Positions 11,908-22,070 of a stretch of 64,000 bases of DNA are shown here, piece by piece; within the stretch, counting starts at the first letter, position 1; every line of letters begins with the position of its first letter. The notes under the pieces are model-generated. The model did no database searches. It saw only the letters and a list, made by a program, of their open reading frames with translations, and was not told the origin of the DNA. The stretch covers positions 7,363 through 71,362 of the forward strand of contig JACPHU010000002.1 in assembly GCA_016188495.1 (NCBI GenBank), read 5' to 3'. The translations under genes were made by a program, and so were the position numbers. The DNA is from Candidatus Uhrbacteria bacterium (GTDB lineage: Bacteria; Patescibacteriota; Patescibacteriia; UBA9934; GWF2-40-263).

Positions 11908-12823
11908 AAATTTCGATGCTCATCACACGATCGTCTTGATGTAAATCCTGGTGTGTTTTTATTCGCGCTTCTGGGAAATTGTGTAAGACCATTTTTTCCG
12001 CTCGAGGACGTTGTTCAGGATCGATCTCTATGAACACAAGTATTTCGCGAGGAAGAACCACTTGATGGGTTCTAAGTTGTCGGAACAGTTCCCAGTAAGC
12101 ATCTAATCCATCTACGCCAGATACCAAGGCAAGCCGAGGTTCGAATTTTTGGACTTCCGGTTGGAGTGTTTCCATGCGATGTTCTGCCAGATAGGGGAGG
12201 TTTGCCGTGATAACAAGAGTTTTGAATGGATAGACAGAGGAAGTCTGTCTATTTTTTTGAGCCCGGATCATTTTAAATAATTTAATGAGAGGCTCTGCTA
12301 GATTTCCGCATTGGAATTCAACCGCATTTTCTGGAATAAGTTTTGCGGCGTTTTGTTCGGCTATGAAGAGAGCGTTGGAATCAATATCGGTTGCTATTAC
12401 AGGTCGTTGGGTTTCGGCCGCAATCGTGATCGCGATAGCGCCCGAACCTGTTCCAATATCAGCAACGAGTGTGCGTTCAGGATCCTTTTCTTGAAGGGCT
12501 GCCAGAACATGCTCAACGAGGATTTCTGTTTCTGGGCGCGGAATTAACACATGAGTGCTGACCTCAAATTCTCGGCCATAGAAGGCTTTTTTTCCTATGA
12601 GATAGGCGACAGGTTCCCGGGAGGCTCGCCGGCTCACCAACTCACAAAAACGTTCGTGATGATGAGTCTTGAGAGGTTCATTGAATCGTGAAAAGAGTTT
12701 TGCTTTAGATATTTCTAAGACAAATGCAAGGAGAATCTCTGCATCCAACATGGGTGAATCGACGTTTGATTTGCGCAACTTGTTATTCGCCCATTGAAGG
12801 GCTTCCATGATTGTCATAAGCAC
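11906..12823 (-). CDS. prmC: Release factor glutamine methyltransferase (start GTG 12823 or ATG 12817)
   Basis: EPVAYLIG, LIPRPETE, DIGTGSG and NLPY motifs; downstream of prfA. Confidence 0.93.
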   Translation of the reverse strand: MLMTIMEALQWANNKLRKSNVDSPMLDAEILLAFVLEISKAKLFSRFNEPLKTHHHERFCELVSRRASREPVAYLIGKKAFYGREFEVSTHVLIPRPETEILVEHVLAALQEKDPERTLVADIGTGSGAIAITIAAETQRPVIATDIDSNALFIAEQNAAKLIPENAVEFQCGNLAEPLIKLFKMIRAQKNRQTSSVYPFKTLVITANLPYLAEHRMETLQPEVQKFEPRLALVSGVDGLDAYWELFRQLRTHQVVLPREILVFIEIDPEQRPRAEKMVLHNFPEARIKTHQDLHQDDRVMSIEI

Positions 12824-12835
12824 TTCCTTTTATTG

Positions 12836-13015
12836 AGATTCTTGTAAAACTCGATGAGATTGTCTGCCTACCGGCAGGTAGGCCTTGAATGGGCTGCCCG
12901 CCCGACCGTCGAACGTTCGTTCGGGCGGGTCGAGTACCGAGAACCCTATTCACATAGGGAGAACGGGATCGACGGGCGCCCGTGAAAGGCAAGATCGCGA
13001 GTTTTACAAGAATCT
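12836..13015 (-). repeat. Hairpin element family, copy A2 (prfA-prmC)
   Basis: Perfect 18-bp IR AGATTCTTGTAAAACTCG/CGAGTTTTACAAGAATCT; abuts the prfA stop. Confidence 0.92.
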
Positions 13016-14089
13016 TTATTCTTTTTGCGACAAGGCTTCCGTGATCTCTGCACGTTTGAGATCGTTGATGATTTCATCCAAATTTCCATTCATAATAGAA
13101 GGAATATTATGAAAGTTCTGATTGATTCTGTGATCAGTAATGCGATCTTGGGGAAAATTGTAGGTTCTGATTTTTTCTGATCGATCTCCGGTTCCGATCT
13201 GTCCACGTCTTGCATCCTCTCGTTCTTTACGTGCACGTTCTTGTTCTACGGCATAGACACGCGCTCGGATAATAGAGAGCGCTCGTTCTTTATTTTGTTT
13301 TTGAGAACGTTCTTCCTGACAGTACACCATGATGCCTGTAGGAATGTGGGTGATACGTACCGCGGAATAGGTGGTGTTCACGCTTTGTCCTCCCGCCCCT
13401 GTTGAGGTTGTCGCTTCGATTTTTAAATCTTGTGGCTGGATGTCGATATCAACTTCTTCTACTTCGGGGAGAATAGCTACCGTGACCGTAGATGTGTGGA
13501 CTCGTCCCTGTTTTTCTGTTTCTGGAACACGCTGAACTCGATGAACTCCGCTTTCATATTTGAGGCGGCTATAGGCGTTTTGACCTTTGATCTGTACCAC
13601 AACTTCCTTAAAGCCGTTTACATCGCTTCTATTGGCAGAAATCAATTCCGTTTTCCATCCGTGGGATTCTGCGTACAAGGTGTAACAACGCAAGAGCTCT
13701 GAAGCAAATAACGAAGATTCATCGCCTCCAGCGCCTGCGCGAATTTCCACGATCACATTTTTCTTATCCATGGGATCAGGGGGAATGAGGGCGACGGTGA
13801 GTTCTTGTTCTAGTGTTGGAATATGTGTTTCGAGTTCTTTTAATTCCTCTTCAGCCAGAAGGACAAGATCCTCGTCTTTGGTTGTAGCGAGTGTTTCTTT
13901 GGCCCCTTCAAGATCTCGCATCGCTTTGGTATAACGCTCTCCAATTTCAACGATTTCTTTTTCGTGAGCGTACGCTTCGTTGACTTCACGAATTTTTTGG
14001 GGACTTGAAAGAACCTCTTGTGAGGATAGTTTGGATTCAAGTTCTTTTAATCGTTCTTGATGATTGTTGAGTTGTTCAATGAGGTTCAT
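13016..14089 (-). CDS. prfA: Peptide chain release factor 1
   Basis: [17 protein letters not shown] and [12 protein letters not shown] motifs. Confidence 0.97.
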   Translation of the reverse strand: MNLIEQLNNHQERLKELESKLSSQEVLSSPQKIREVNEAYAHEKEIVEIGERYTKAMRDLEGAKETLATTKDEDLVLLAEEELKELETHIPTLEQELTVALIPPDPMDKKNVIVEIRAGAGGDESSLFASELLRCYTLYAESHGWKTELISANRSDVNGFKEVVVQIKGQNAYSRLKYESGVHRVQRVPETEKQGRVHTSTVTVAILPEVEEVDIDIQPQDLKIEATTSTGAGGQSVNTTYSAVRITHIPTGIMVYCQEERSQKQNKERALSIIRARVYAVEQERARKEREDARRGQIGTGDRSEKIRTYNFPQDRITDHRINQNFHNIPSIMNGNLDEIINDLKRAEITEALSQKE

Positions 14090-14111
14090 ATCTCTCTAAC
14101 TGTATCTAATC

Positions 14112-14147
14112 AAAAAGCGTTCTTCAATTCGAAGAACGCTTTTTTTT
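14112..14147. terminator. Intrinsic terminator after rpmE
   Basis: AAAAAGCGTTCTTC-aattc-GAAGAACGCTTTTT. Confidence 0.7.
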
Positions 14148-14152
14148 CTTGC

Positions 14153-14446
14153 TTAACTTTCAATCTTTTCTTTTTCTTCCCGTTTGGTCACTTTTTGAGC
14201 GTGGCGCTTTTGCGCTTTTGCTTTTTTCCCTGTGCTACTGGCTGTTTTTTGTGTAAGACGTTCCTGGAATTTCTCTACACGACGAGCCGTATCGAGAATT
14301 TTTTGTTTACCGGTATAGAATGGATGGCACTGCGCACACAATTCCGTCTGAATTTCGTTACTTGTTGAACCAATCGTGTAGACGGCCCCACAAGCGCACG
14401 TAATCGTCGCGTTATCTGTGTAATTTGGATGGATTCCTTTTTTCAT
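14153..14446 (-). CDS. rpmE: 50S ribosomal protein L31 (Zn type)
   Basis: MKKGIHPNY, CACG and CAQCHPFYTGKQ motifs. Confidence 0.96.
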   Translation of the reverse strand: MKKGIHPNYTDNATITCACGAVYTIGSTSNEIQTELCAQCHPFYTGKQKILDTARRVEKFQERLTQKTASSTGKKAKAQKRHAQKVTKREEKEKIES

Positions 14447-14491
14447 AGTGATTGCACGCTTTGTATACGTGCTGGTTAATTTGACCGCTGG

Positions 14492-14520
14492 AGAATACCA
14501 ATCAGCGTTCTATTTGTCAA
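14492..14520 (-). promoter_or_regulatory. Putative sigma70 promoter of rpmE
   Basis: TTGACA-17-TATTCT on the minus strand. Confidence 0.55.
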
Positions 14521-14553
14521 TCCTTATAGAGTATCGCATGATGGTGTTTACGT

Positions 14554-15624
14554 ATGTCTACCCCCACTTCTTTTTTCGATTATCACCTTCCAAAAGAGTT
14601 GATTGCTCAATCTTCCATAGAGCCACGCGATCATTCTCGTTTGATGTTGATTGACCGAAAGACTGGTCGTTGGCAGCATAAGCTATTTTACGAAATTCTC
14701 CATGAGTTATATGGCGGGGATGTGCTTGTAATGAACAACACAAAAGTGTTTCGAGCTAGGTTGCAAGCCGTTGTTCATGGAAGGAGAATTGAGTTATTTC
14801 TTCTTCGTCCGCGAGAAGACGGTGTGTGGGACGCGCTTGTGAAACCAGGGAAGTATGTAAACGTAGGCGATATTGTTGAGTTGGGAGAAATACAGGGAGA
14901 TGTTTTAAGTAAGACCGACGTCGTGCGCATTCGGTTTAATCAATCCGATACGCAGGTTATTGAGTATGCGAACGCACATGGAGAGATTCCCATTCCACCT
15001 TACGTAGAAGAAATTCCGTCGCGGCTGGATCAGTATCAGACGGTCTATGCCCAAGAAACAGGTTCTGTGGCTGCTCCCACCGCTGGATTTCATTTCACGA
15101 AAGAGTTGTTAGAGAAGATTCAAGAGAAAGGAATCGAGATTCACTATGTCACCCTTCATGTAGGCCTTGGAACGTTTCGTCCTATGAAAAGCCCTACGAT
15201 TGAAGAGCATCAAATGCATAGTGAATTTGTCAGCATCGATCCCAGCGTGGCGCAAGCTATCAATCAAGCAAAAGAAGAGGGAAGGCGTGTCATCGCCGTT
15301 GGAACGACAACTGTGAGAACTTTAGAAGGCGTGGCAGCGCAGGATGCTGATATGCGCATTTCAAACGTTATACCGGTTTTGCCTTCCAAAGGTTTTTCAG
15401 GAGACATCAATATTTTTATCACACCCGGATTTCGTTTCCGTGTTGTTGATGCTCTCATCACCAATTTTCATCTTCCTAAATCTACGTTACTGGTCTTGGT
15501 AAGCGCATTCGCCGGGCGCGAACGAATGCTCGCTGCGTATCAAGAGGCCGTTGACCAGAACTATCGATTCTTTTCTTTTGGAGACGCAATGTTTCTTTAT
15601 GGAAAAGACGAGATACATGGGTAA
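14554..15624 (+). CDS. queA: S-adenosylmethionine:tRNA ribosyltransferase-isomerase
   Basis: FDYHLPKELIAQ, GSVAAPTAGFHFT, TNFHLPKSTL and FSFGDAM motifs. Confidence 0.96.
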   Translation: MSTPTSFFDYHLPKELIAQSSIEPRDHSRLMLIDRKTGRWQHKLFYEILHELYGGDVLVMNNTKVFRARLQAVVHGRRIELFLLRPREDGVWDALVKPGKYVNVGDIVELGEIQGDVLSKTDVVRIRFNQSDTQVIEYANAHGEIPIPPYVEEIPSRLDQYQTVYAQETGSVAAPTAGFHFTKELLEKIQEKGIEIHYVTLHVGLGTFRPMKSPTIEEHQMHSEFVSIDPSVAQAINQAKEEGRRVIAVGTTTVRTLEGVAAQDADMRISNVIPVLPSKGFSGDINIFITPGFRFRVVDALITNFHLPKSTLLVLVSAFAGRERMLAAYQEAVDQNYRFFSFGDAMFLYGKDEIHG

Positions 15625-15670
15625 TACTTGGAGAGATTTTAAATGATCAAAAGGGATAAATAAATGAAAC

Positions 15671-17659
15671 ATGATGAGTATGTTAAAGGAAAATACCAAG
15701 CATTCCTTCCCGTTTTTTGAAGATGCTTATGGAGATTGGGAAACGGATATGGAAGAGCAAAAACATCCACAAAAAAATACCTTAGAAATCGAAAAAAAAC
15801 TTGAAGGTTTGGAATGGGTCGCAAATCCTCCGCTTGAGAACACATCGTTCGTTTATTCTGTACCGATACGTGGAGAATGGAATAATGGCCAAGCGGCTCG
15901 CCTGCTCCAAGGGATGTTGGCACAGCGTATCGCGCCCGGGCAAGCACTTGAAGTAAATTTGTTTGCTAATATTAGCGGTTTATCATCGGGAATAGAGATT
16001 AAAGATGCAGGATCACTTGAAAAGGTGAGAGAAACCGGCGAGGTTGTTCAATTCATACGGGATATCGTGGATGTGCAGAGACTTGCACGGGAGGCCAATC
16101 GCGCTAGATCACGTGCAGACAAAAAAATAAAAAAACAAGAACTCGAACAAAAGATTCAATCCATCCCCGATCCTCTTTCACGTGAACTTCTTCGTCAATC
16201 AGCCGTACGAGCAGAACAGATTTCTATCGCGCTTGTGGATGCTCAGAAGGTTGAAGTGCCCAACATCGGACATGCGCGTACCCTTGGGATTGATGCTGTT
16301 TATGCTCGTTTCCAAAACAATAAAAACATCGTTGTATCGCTTTTTGATGCTGATACAGTACCGCTTGATAATCATACGGTGCAGCAATTGCAAGCGTTGT
16401 ATGCGACCAATCCACGTCTCATGTATGTTTTTTCTTCGATGTCTGACCAAGCCAAAGGAACCAACCGTACTGTCGTCAGTAATACAACCATGGGTCGGCA
16501 TATTTCCTATAACACCACGTGGGGGCATGGGAGTCCGCAAATTTCCTTCCGTCTCCATGCCTATGAGACGCTCAATCGCATAAAAAAATTTGGAATCATC
16601 GGTGACGAAGATCGTGATACGGCTGTGCGATTGGCCTACCATTTCAACGACCTCCAAGACGGTCTTTTGTTTGAATCTAGTCAAATTGCCAATATTGATT
16701 CTTCCCCGCGTGTGCTTACGGCCGATCGCATAGATGGTTTTGTTGACGGTTACGGAGAGCGACATGGCGGTTCGCCTGAAAATATTTTAAATAATAATAT
16801 CAAGGATATTTGGTCATGGCGCAAAAAACTTCTTGAGAAAATCGATCAGCTCCCCGCACAACAAAAAGCAATCACGCTTCGTGTGTTGGAACAGGCACGG
16901 GAAACGGAACTTCACCGGGAAAAAGTACAACAACGGCTCAATAAAACCGTGGTTCGCAGTCTGTTGCGTGCGCACGAGCAAGGGTGGGTCACGATGAGCG
17001 ACCAGGGTCAGAAACTCGTTGTGAATGAAGAGAAAGTATTAGGTTTGCCCGGAGGAAAAGCGTTGACGCATTTTTTGCGCATGAACCGACCTTTGGTTCT
17101 GGATGTTCTTCAGTCACCTGAGGATCTTCAGTGTCTTTCGTATTACACAGGTCTTACGAAGGCCTTTCCTGAACAGATTAAAACGCTTTCCCCGCTCCAA
17201 CATGCATTTCGGGAATACTTGGGCGACGTCGAAGATTTAGGCGCCTCACCTGATTTGCAGGTGAGACACAAAGAAACATTTGATCCAAACGAATACGCCA
17301 ATGTAGAGACGGTCGAAGATAAACGACTGATCGAATCTAAACTTTCGTTTTGGCATGGCATGACCGCGGAATTGCTCGCTTTTGCCCATGTGGATCGAAC
17401 GCTCTTCCAGTCCGCAGCCTTTGCAGAGTATCAAAAACAGTCCAGTCATTGGAATCCGGAAACAAAACAAGAGTTTCACCGACAAGATCGTCTTGGATCC
17501 GATGCCGAGGCGGCCTTTGCGGCACGAATAGATGAAATGACACAACGACATGGGGAACAGGTGCGTACGCAAGAGAAAAAAGCCGAAGAACATTCATTCG
17601 TAAAATTTCTCTCCCGTTTTCTACCTTTCGCCGCCTTGCTTTATCGATTCAAGAATTAA
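15671..17659 (+). CDS. Large orphan protein with a possible GT-A-like domain
   Basis: 662 aa; VYSVPIRGE, NIGHARTLG, FDADT and GDEDRD resemble GT2-type motifs. Confidence 0.55.
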   Translation: MMSMLKENTKHSFPFFEDAYGDWETDMEEQKHPQKNTLEIEKKLEGLEWVANPPLENTSFVYSVPIRGEWNNGQAARLLQGMLAQRIAPGQALEVNLFANISGLSSGIEIKDAGSLEKVRETGEVVQFIRDIVDVQRLAREANRARSRADKKIKKQELEQKIQSIPDPLSRELLRQSAVRAEQISIALVDAQKVEVPNIGHARTLGIDAVYARFQNNKNIVVSLFDADTVPLDNHTVQQLQALYATNPRLMYVFSSMSDQAKGTNRTVVSNTTMGRHISYNTTWGHGSPQISFRLHAYETLNRIKKFGIIGDEDRDTAVRLAYHFNDLQDGLLFESSQIANIDSSPRVLTADRIDGFVDGYGERHGGSPENILNNNIKDIWSWRKKLLEKIDQLPAQQKAITLRVLEQARETELHREKVQQRLNKTVVRSLLRAHEQGWVTMSDQGQKLVVNEEKVLGLPGGKALTHFLRMNRPLVLDVLQSPEDLQCLSYYTGLTKAFPEQIKTLSPLQHAFREYLGDVEDLGASPDLQVRHKETFDPNEYANVETVEDKRLIESKLSFWHGMTAELLAFAHVDRTLFQSAAFAEYQKQSSHWNPETKQEFHRQDRLGSDAEAAFAARIDEMTQRHGEQVRTQEKKAEEHSFVKFLSRFLPFAALLYRFKN

Positions 17660-17678
17660 ATAGGGATAGAGAACTCTG

Positions 17679-17710
17679 CCGTTCCTGCACAAAGGAACGG
17701 TTTTATTTTT
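17679..17710 (+). terminator. Intrinsic terminator
   Basis: CCGTTCCT-gcacaa-AGGAACGG followed by TTTTATTTTT. Confidence 0.7.
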
Positions 17711-17746
17711 TACTAAAAGAGTAAATGTTTATAGAATGAGTTTTAT

Positions 17747-19279
17747 ATGCGAAGAAGTTTTGAACAATCATTAGGAGGTTATAACGAAATTGCTCGACAA
17801 TACGAACAGGCAAAAAAAGAGGCGGGGTTTATTGAGGCTGAGCGGATGGCCCACGTCGTAGATTTTCGTTTGGATCAGGAAGCACGTCGAAATAGGACAG
17901 ATAAACAAACCCAAGAAGCGGTTCTTGAAACACAAAAATATAAACAGGAAATCATGACCGCTTTGCACGAGCGTTTTAAAGCCATTGAGCGTAAGGAACA
18001 ACAGGAGGTTCGTAAGGGTCAGCGTCTAATTACCATGAAGGAAGGGAAATTCGTTTGGGATGCGGGGACAGATAAAGGAGAAATTCAGGTGACCCTTGGT
18101 GAATTGCTGACAGACCAGGAATGGGGAGTCGAGTACGTCTTAGACATGGAAAGTGTACCTCGACAGATTCAAAAGCGTTTTGCGGTAGAACAGGCAAAGT
18201 TTCAATTAAGAGAGTTGCTCAATGAGCAGATCATCCTCAATGAGACCGGGAGAACGGATACCCCTTACTATTTGCACGATATCTATAATCAACTTGCTCA
18301 GAAGACAGGCGAAACACAATCAGGTTTTTTAGCCGAACGAGGCGTGAGGACCTTTTTAAAAAAGATGGTGATCGATTACGGGTTACCCGTTGAGATTATT
18401 GATGCGGATGTTTTTCAGGATGTAATGGAGAAAATCGATTTTTCCATTCGTTCAAATACGCGCCATCGCGGAGTAGAAGTCGAACCCGGATCTGAACATC
18501 AAAAATATTTGGGATTTCAATTTACGACATTGGATCCGCGTTCAAGTGAACCCGAGGCTGTGCAACGTCTGGAAAAGAAAAAGAAACAAATCAAAGACGT
18601 AAAACAGAGATTGGATCTTGAGGTTGATGATATCTTGCTTATCACGGTTCCTTCCAGGGTCTATGGGTGGGCTTTCAGAAGCTGGAAGGAATCCGGGTCC
18701 CCGCCAGGGGGTCCGGATCGTTTGTGGCCAAAGGAGGTTCGTATTCAGATTCTGCATTATGCCCTCGTGAATTTTATTGGTGAAGAACAGGCGGATCAAT
18801 TTGCCGCTCGAGTATTAGGAATCCAACAGAAAGATGTCCAGAAAATCTTTTCGCAAACACAAGAGGGATACGTGCAAGAGAGGACAGGTGGGGCAACAGA
18901 GGAGTCAAAAGACCGTTCGAGGTTTTCTGTTATGGGGTCTAGACGTTTTTCTGTGGCTCCACAACTAGTAGCCGCTCTTTCCGCTATGCAAAAAAGAGCC
19001 TCTGGAAAGCGTGATATGCAAGTGAAATTTCAAGAGAGCATTGATTCTTCTGAACAAAGAAAGACACAACGAGATTACAAAGGGATAAAAGCTAGCGAAC
19101 TTTTTGATCGTTTAAATAGAGTGTTGTCAGAAGCAGGTCTAAGAGAGATTGATCCAGAACAGGCAGATTCTATTCCACCCGAATTATCAGATTTTCTATC
19201 CAAAGCGGCATCTTATTCTGACCCTCGTGTGCGTAAGGATTTCGTGATCAATAAATTATTTCCGTCCAGATCGGGATAA
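17747..19279 (+). CDS. Large orphan protein with PD-(D/E)XK-like motif
   Basis: 510 aa; GFLAER...ADVFQDVMEKIDF...GFQFTT. Confidence 0.6.
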   Translation: MRRSFEQSLGGYNEIARQYEQAKKEAGFIEAERMAHVVDFRLDQEARRNRTDKQTQEAVLETQKYKQEIMTALHERFKAIERKEQQEVRKGQRLITMKEGKFVWDAGTDKGEIQVTLGELLTDQEWGVEYVLDMESVPRQIQKRFAVEQAKFQLRELLNEQIILNETGRTDTPYYLHDIYNQLAQKTGETQSGFLAERGVRTFLKKMVIDYGLPVEIIDADVFQDVMEKIDFSIRSNTRHRGVEVEPGSEHQKYLGFQFTTLDPRSSEPEAVQRLEKKKKQIKDVKQRLDLEVDDILLITVPSRVYGWAFRSWKESGSPPGGPDRLWPKEVRIQILHYALVNFIGEEQADQFAARVLGIQQKDVQKIFSQTQEGYVQERTGGATEESKDRSRFSVMGSRRFSVAPQLVAALSAMQKRASGKRDMQVKFQESIDSSEQRKTQRDYKGIKASELFDRLNRVLSEAGLREIDPEQADSIPPELSDFLSKAASYSDPRVRKDFVINKLFPSRSG

Positions 19280-19293
19280 AGTCTGTTTATTTC

Positions 19294-19322
19294 TTGACCT
19301 TTCTCCTTTATTTCTGTAGAGT
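19294..19322 (+). promoter_or_regulatory. Putative sigma70 promoter of rpsB-tsf
   Basis: TTGACC-17-TAGAGT. Confidence 0.5.
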
Positions 19323-19405
19323 CCGATCATAATTTATCTATACAGGTGGAATAACCAATAACCAGTTCCTCCCGCTTATCGGGTCTGGTATTGCCACTGA
19401 CGTTA

Positions 19406-19568
19406 GAGACCTCTACAAAACTCGCGATCTTGCCTTTCACAGGCGCCCGTCGATCCCGTTCTCCCTATGATGAATAGGGTTCTCGGGATTCGACCTGCCC
19501 GAACGAACGTTCGACGGTCGGGCGGGCAGCCCGTTCAAGGCAATCTCATCGAGTTTTACAGAGGTCTC
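19406..19568 (+). repeat. Hairpin element family, copy A3 (rpsB leader)
   Basis: IR GAGACCTCTacAAAACTCG/CGAGTTTTacAGAGGTCTC; conserved core; ends 18 nt before the rpsB ATG. Confidence 0.92.
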
Positions 19569-19586
19569 ATAAAAGGAAATCAATTT

Positions 19587-20357
19587 ATGGCGAATCTCCC
19601 TTCTTTAGTAGACATGCTCAAATCGGGCATGCACTTTGGTCACACCACTAGTCGCTGGCATCCAAAAATGAGTAAATTTATTTTTGGTTCCCGACAAGGT
19701 GTTCACATTATCAATTTAGAAAAAACACAAGAATATCTTCAAGAAGCTTTAGAAACCGTGAAAGGTATCACTGCTCGTGGGGGCATTGTCTTATTTGTCG
19801 GAACCAAGCTTCAGGCAAAAGCCAATATTCAAAAATATGCGCAAGCCTGCGAAATGCCTTACGTGGTTAACCGTTGGCTTGGAGGAACGCTGACCAACTT
19901 TGATCAGATCAAGAAGACTCTGAAAAAGATGAAGACCTTGAAAGATCAGCGCGATAAAGGTGAGTTGAAAAAATATACCAAGAAAGAACAGCTCATGATT
20001 TCTCGTGAGATCGAAGAAATGGAAGACAAGCTTGGTGGTATGCAACAAGTCACTCGTACGCCAGACGCTATTTTCATTATTGATGTACGAACAGAAAAAA
20101 CAGCTTTGAAAGAAGCTGTGGTGACTGGAATTCCTGTGATTGCTTTGTGCGACACTAACGTGAATCCGGATGGGGTGACCAGAATCATTCCTGGAAATGA
20201 TGACGCGGTAAAGTCCATTGAACTTGTGTGTAAATTAGTCTGTGACGCGGTGAAAGAAGGAAAATCTTCAGCAGCGAAAGTGGCTGCCGATGCTCGTGCG
20301 AAAACCGTTAAAAAAACGTCTGAGACAACCTCTGCAAAAACCTCAGCCGCTTCTTAA
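19587..20357 (+). CDS. rpsB: 30S ribosomal protein S2
   Basis: GMHFGH, RWLGGTLTN, DTNVNP and PGNDDA motifs; start placed at MANLP. Confidence 0.97.
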   Translation: MANLPSLVDMLKSGMHFGHTTSRWHPKMSKFIFGSRQGVHIINLEKTQEYLQEALETVKGITARGGIVLFVGTKLQAKANIQKYAQACEMPYVVNRWLGGTLTNFDQIKKTLKKMKTLKDQRDKGELKKYTKKEQLMISREIEEMEDKLGGMQQVTRTPDAIFIIDVRTEKTALKEAVVTGIPVIALCDTNVNPDGVTRIIPGNDDAVKSIELVCKLVCDAVKEGKSSAAKVAADARAKTVKKTSETTSAKTSAAS

Positions 20358-20384
20358 TTTATTCATTTCTGTTCTTTAAACTGT

Positions 20385-20972
20385 ATGAACATTGACGCAA
20401 AGCTTGTGGCGCAGCTTCGTTCCATGACGAGTGCTGGAATGATGGATGCAAAAAAAGCCTTAGAGGAATCTTCCGGTGATTTAGAAAAAGCGGTACAGAT
20501 CCTTCGAGAGAAGGGGATTGCCAAAGCGGCAAAAAAAGCTGACCGTGAAACCAACGAAGGTCGCGTGCACTGCTATATTCATTCAAATGCAAAATTAGGA
20601 GCGATGGTAGAAATATTGTGTGAAACAGATTTTGTCGCACGCAACGAAGCCTTCATCGATTTTTGTAACGATATCGCTTTGCACGTGAGTGCTTCTGATC
20701 CGCTTTATCTCACTCGCGCAGATGTCCCTACGGACGTGATTGAAAAAGAAAAAGAAATTTATACGAAAGAAATGGAGAATCAGGCCAAACCCGCAGAGGT
20801 GATTGCAAAAATTGTGGAAGGGAAATTGAATAAATGGTATTCCAACATTGTATTAATGGAACAACCTTTCATCAAAGACGAAGACAAAACGATTGAAGAG
20901 TATCTCAAGGAAAAAATTTCTTCTTTGGGAGAGAATATGCAAATCAAACGTTTTTCTCGATTCGTTATCTAG
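20385..20972 (+). CDS. tsf: Elongation factor Ts (short form)
   Basis: GMMDAKKAL and CETDFVA motifs; downstream of rpsB. Confidence 0.96.
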   Translation: MNIDAKLVAQLRSMTSAGMMDAKKALEESSGDLEKAVQILREKGIAKAAKKADRETNEGRVHCYIHSNAKLGAMVEILCETDFVARNEAFIDFCNDIALHVSASDPLYLTRADVPTDVIEKEKEIYTKEMENQAKPAEVIAKIVEGKLNKWYSNIVLMEQPFIKDEDKTIEEYLKEKISSLGENMQIKRFSRFVI

Positions 20973-20996
20973 AAACAGGGCTTATGCCCTGTTTTT
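20973..20996 (+). terminator. Intrinsic terminator
   Basis: AAACAGGGC-ttat-GCCCTGTTTTT. Confidence 0.75.
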
Positions 20997-21050
20997 GGTT
21001 GTTGTTTCAAAAAATGTTAAAATAAGAAAAATATTTTTCTTAATTTTTTT

Positions 21051-22061
21051 ATGTTGCGAATTGGGATTAATGGATTCGGCCGTATTGGTCGAACAGCGCT
21101 GCGTGCGGGATGGGAACGAAAAGAACTTTCTTTTGTCGCAATTAATGATCTGACAGAGCCCAACACCCTTGCTCATTTGTTGAAGTATGATTCCGTTTTT
21201 CGTACATGGAATCTAGATATACAGGCCGGAAAAGACCATCTTAAAATAAATGGCCAGAGAATCCCTGTTTTTAATCAAACAGATCCAACACTCATTCCCT
21301 GGGGTTCTCAAGGAGTTGATGTCGTCATTGAATCAACAGGACGCTTCACAAAGCTTGTCGATGCCCGAAAACATCTGGAAGCAGGAGCGAAGAAAGTGGT
21401 GATTTCTGCCCCCTCTGACGAAGCCCCTACGTTTTTAATGGGTGTGAATCAGACTCTTTGCAAAAAAACGGATACCGTTGTCAATAACGCGTCCTGCACA
21501 ACAAACTCTGTTGCGCCCGTTGCTCAAATTCTTTCAGAAACCATTGGCGTGAAAAAAGCCATGATGACCACGATCCATTCCGTTACCGCCGAACAAAATA
21601 TCGTTGACAGTTTGCCTCCAAAACTTAAGCCAGATTTGCGGCGTGCTCGTTCCGCTCTTATTAACATCGTCCCCACCTCTACAGGAGCTGCGAAAGCAAC
21701 GACCGAAGTGGTCACAAGCTTGAAAAATAAATTTGACGGGATCGCTGTACGTGTGCCGACGATCGATGTGTCATTAACGGATTTCACGTTCGTTCTTAAA
21801 AAGAAGACTTCTGTTGATGAGGTGAATACACTCTTTAAGAATGCCGCCAAGAGCAAACGTTGGAAAGGGATTTTGGGTGTCACGGACGAACCTCTTGTTT
21901 CCACGGATTTTATCGGAAGTTCCTACGGTTCCATTGTTGATTTGGCAATGACAAGAGTCGTCGATGGCGATCTTCTTAAGGTGTTGGCCTGGTATGACAA
22001 TGAATGGGGATATACCCAGCGTTTATTAGATTTAGTCACCTATGTTGGAAAGCTTTCTTAA
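21051..22061 (+). CDS. gap: Glyceraldehyde-3-phosphate dehydrogenase type I
   Basis: INGFGRIGR, NASCTTN and WYDNEWGY motifs. Confidence 0.97.
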   Translation: MLRIGINGFGRIGRTALRAGWERKELSFVAINDLTEPNTLAHLLKYDSVFRTWNLDIQAGKDHLKINGQRIPVFNQTDPTLIPWGSQGVDVVIESTGRFTKLVDARKHLEAGAKKVVISAPSDEAPTFLMGVNQTLCKKTDTVVNNASCTTNSVAPVAQILSETIGVKKAMMTTIHSVTAEQNIVDSLPPKLKPDLRRARSALINIVPTSTGAAKATTEVVTSLKNKFDGIAVRVPTIDVSLTDFTFVLKKKTSVDEVNTLFKNAAKSKRWKGILGVTDEPLVSTDFIGSSYGSIVDLAMTRVVDGDLLKVLAWYDNEWGYTQRLLDLVTYVGKLS

Positions 22062-22070
22062 GAAACAGAT

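Noticed and set aside
12783-13112. Short ORFs sharing peptides such as RPARTNVRRSGGQP, SPTRPALCPFGRVSPF and LPAGRQ (also 37749-38280, 39042-39341, 61535-61969)
   Set aside because: They are translations of the repeat elements in varying frames and strands, not a protein family
19467-19586. 40-aa N-terminal extension of RpsB in the ORF track (likewise Eno from 23890 and MreB from 61968)
   Set aside because: These upstream starts lie inside the repeat elements; homology begins at the downstream ATG
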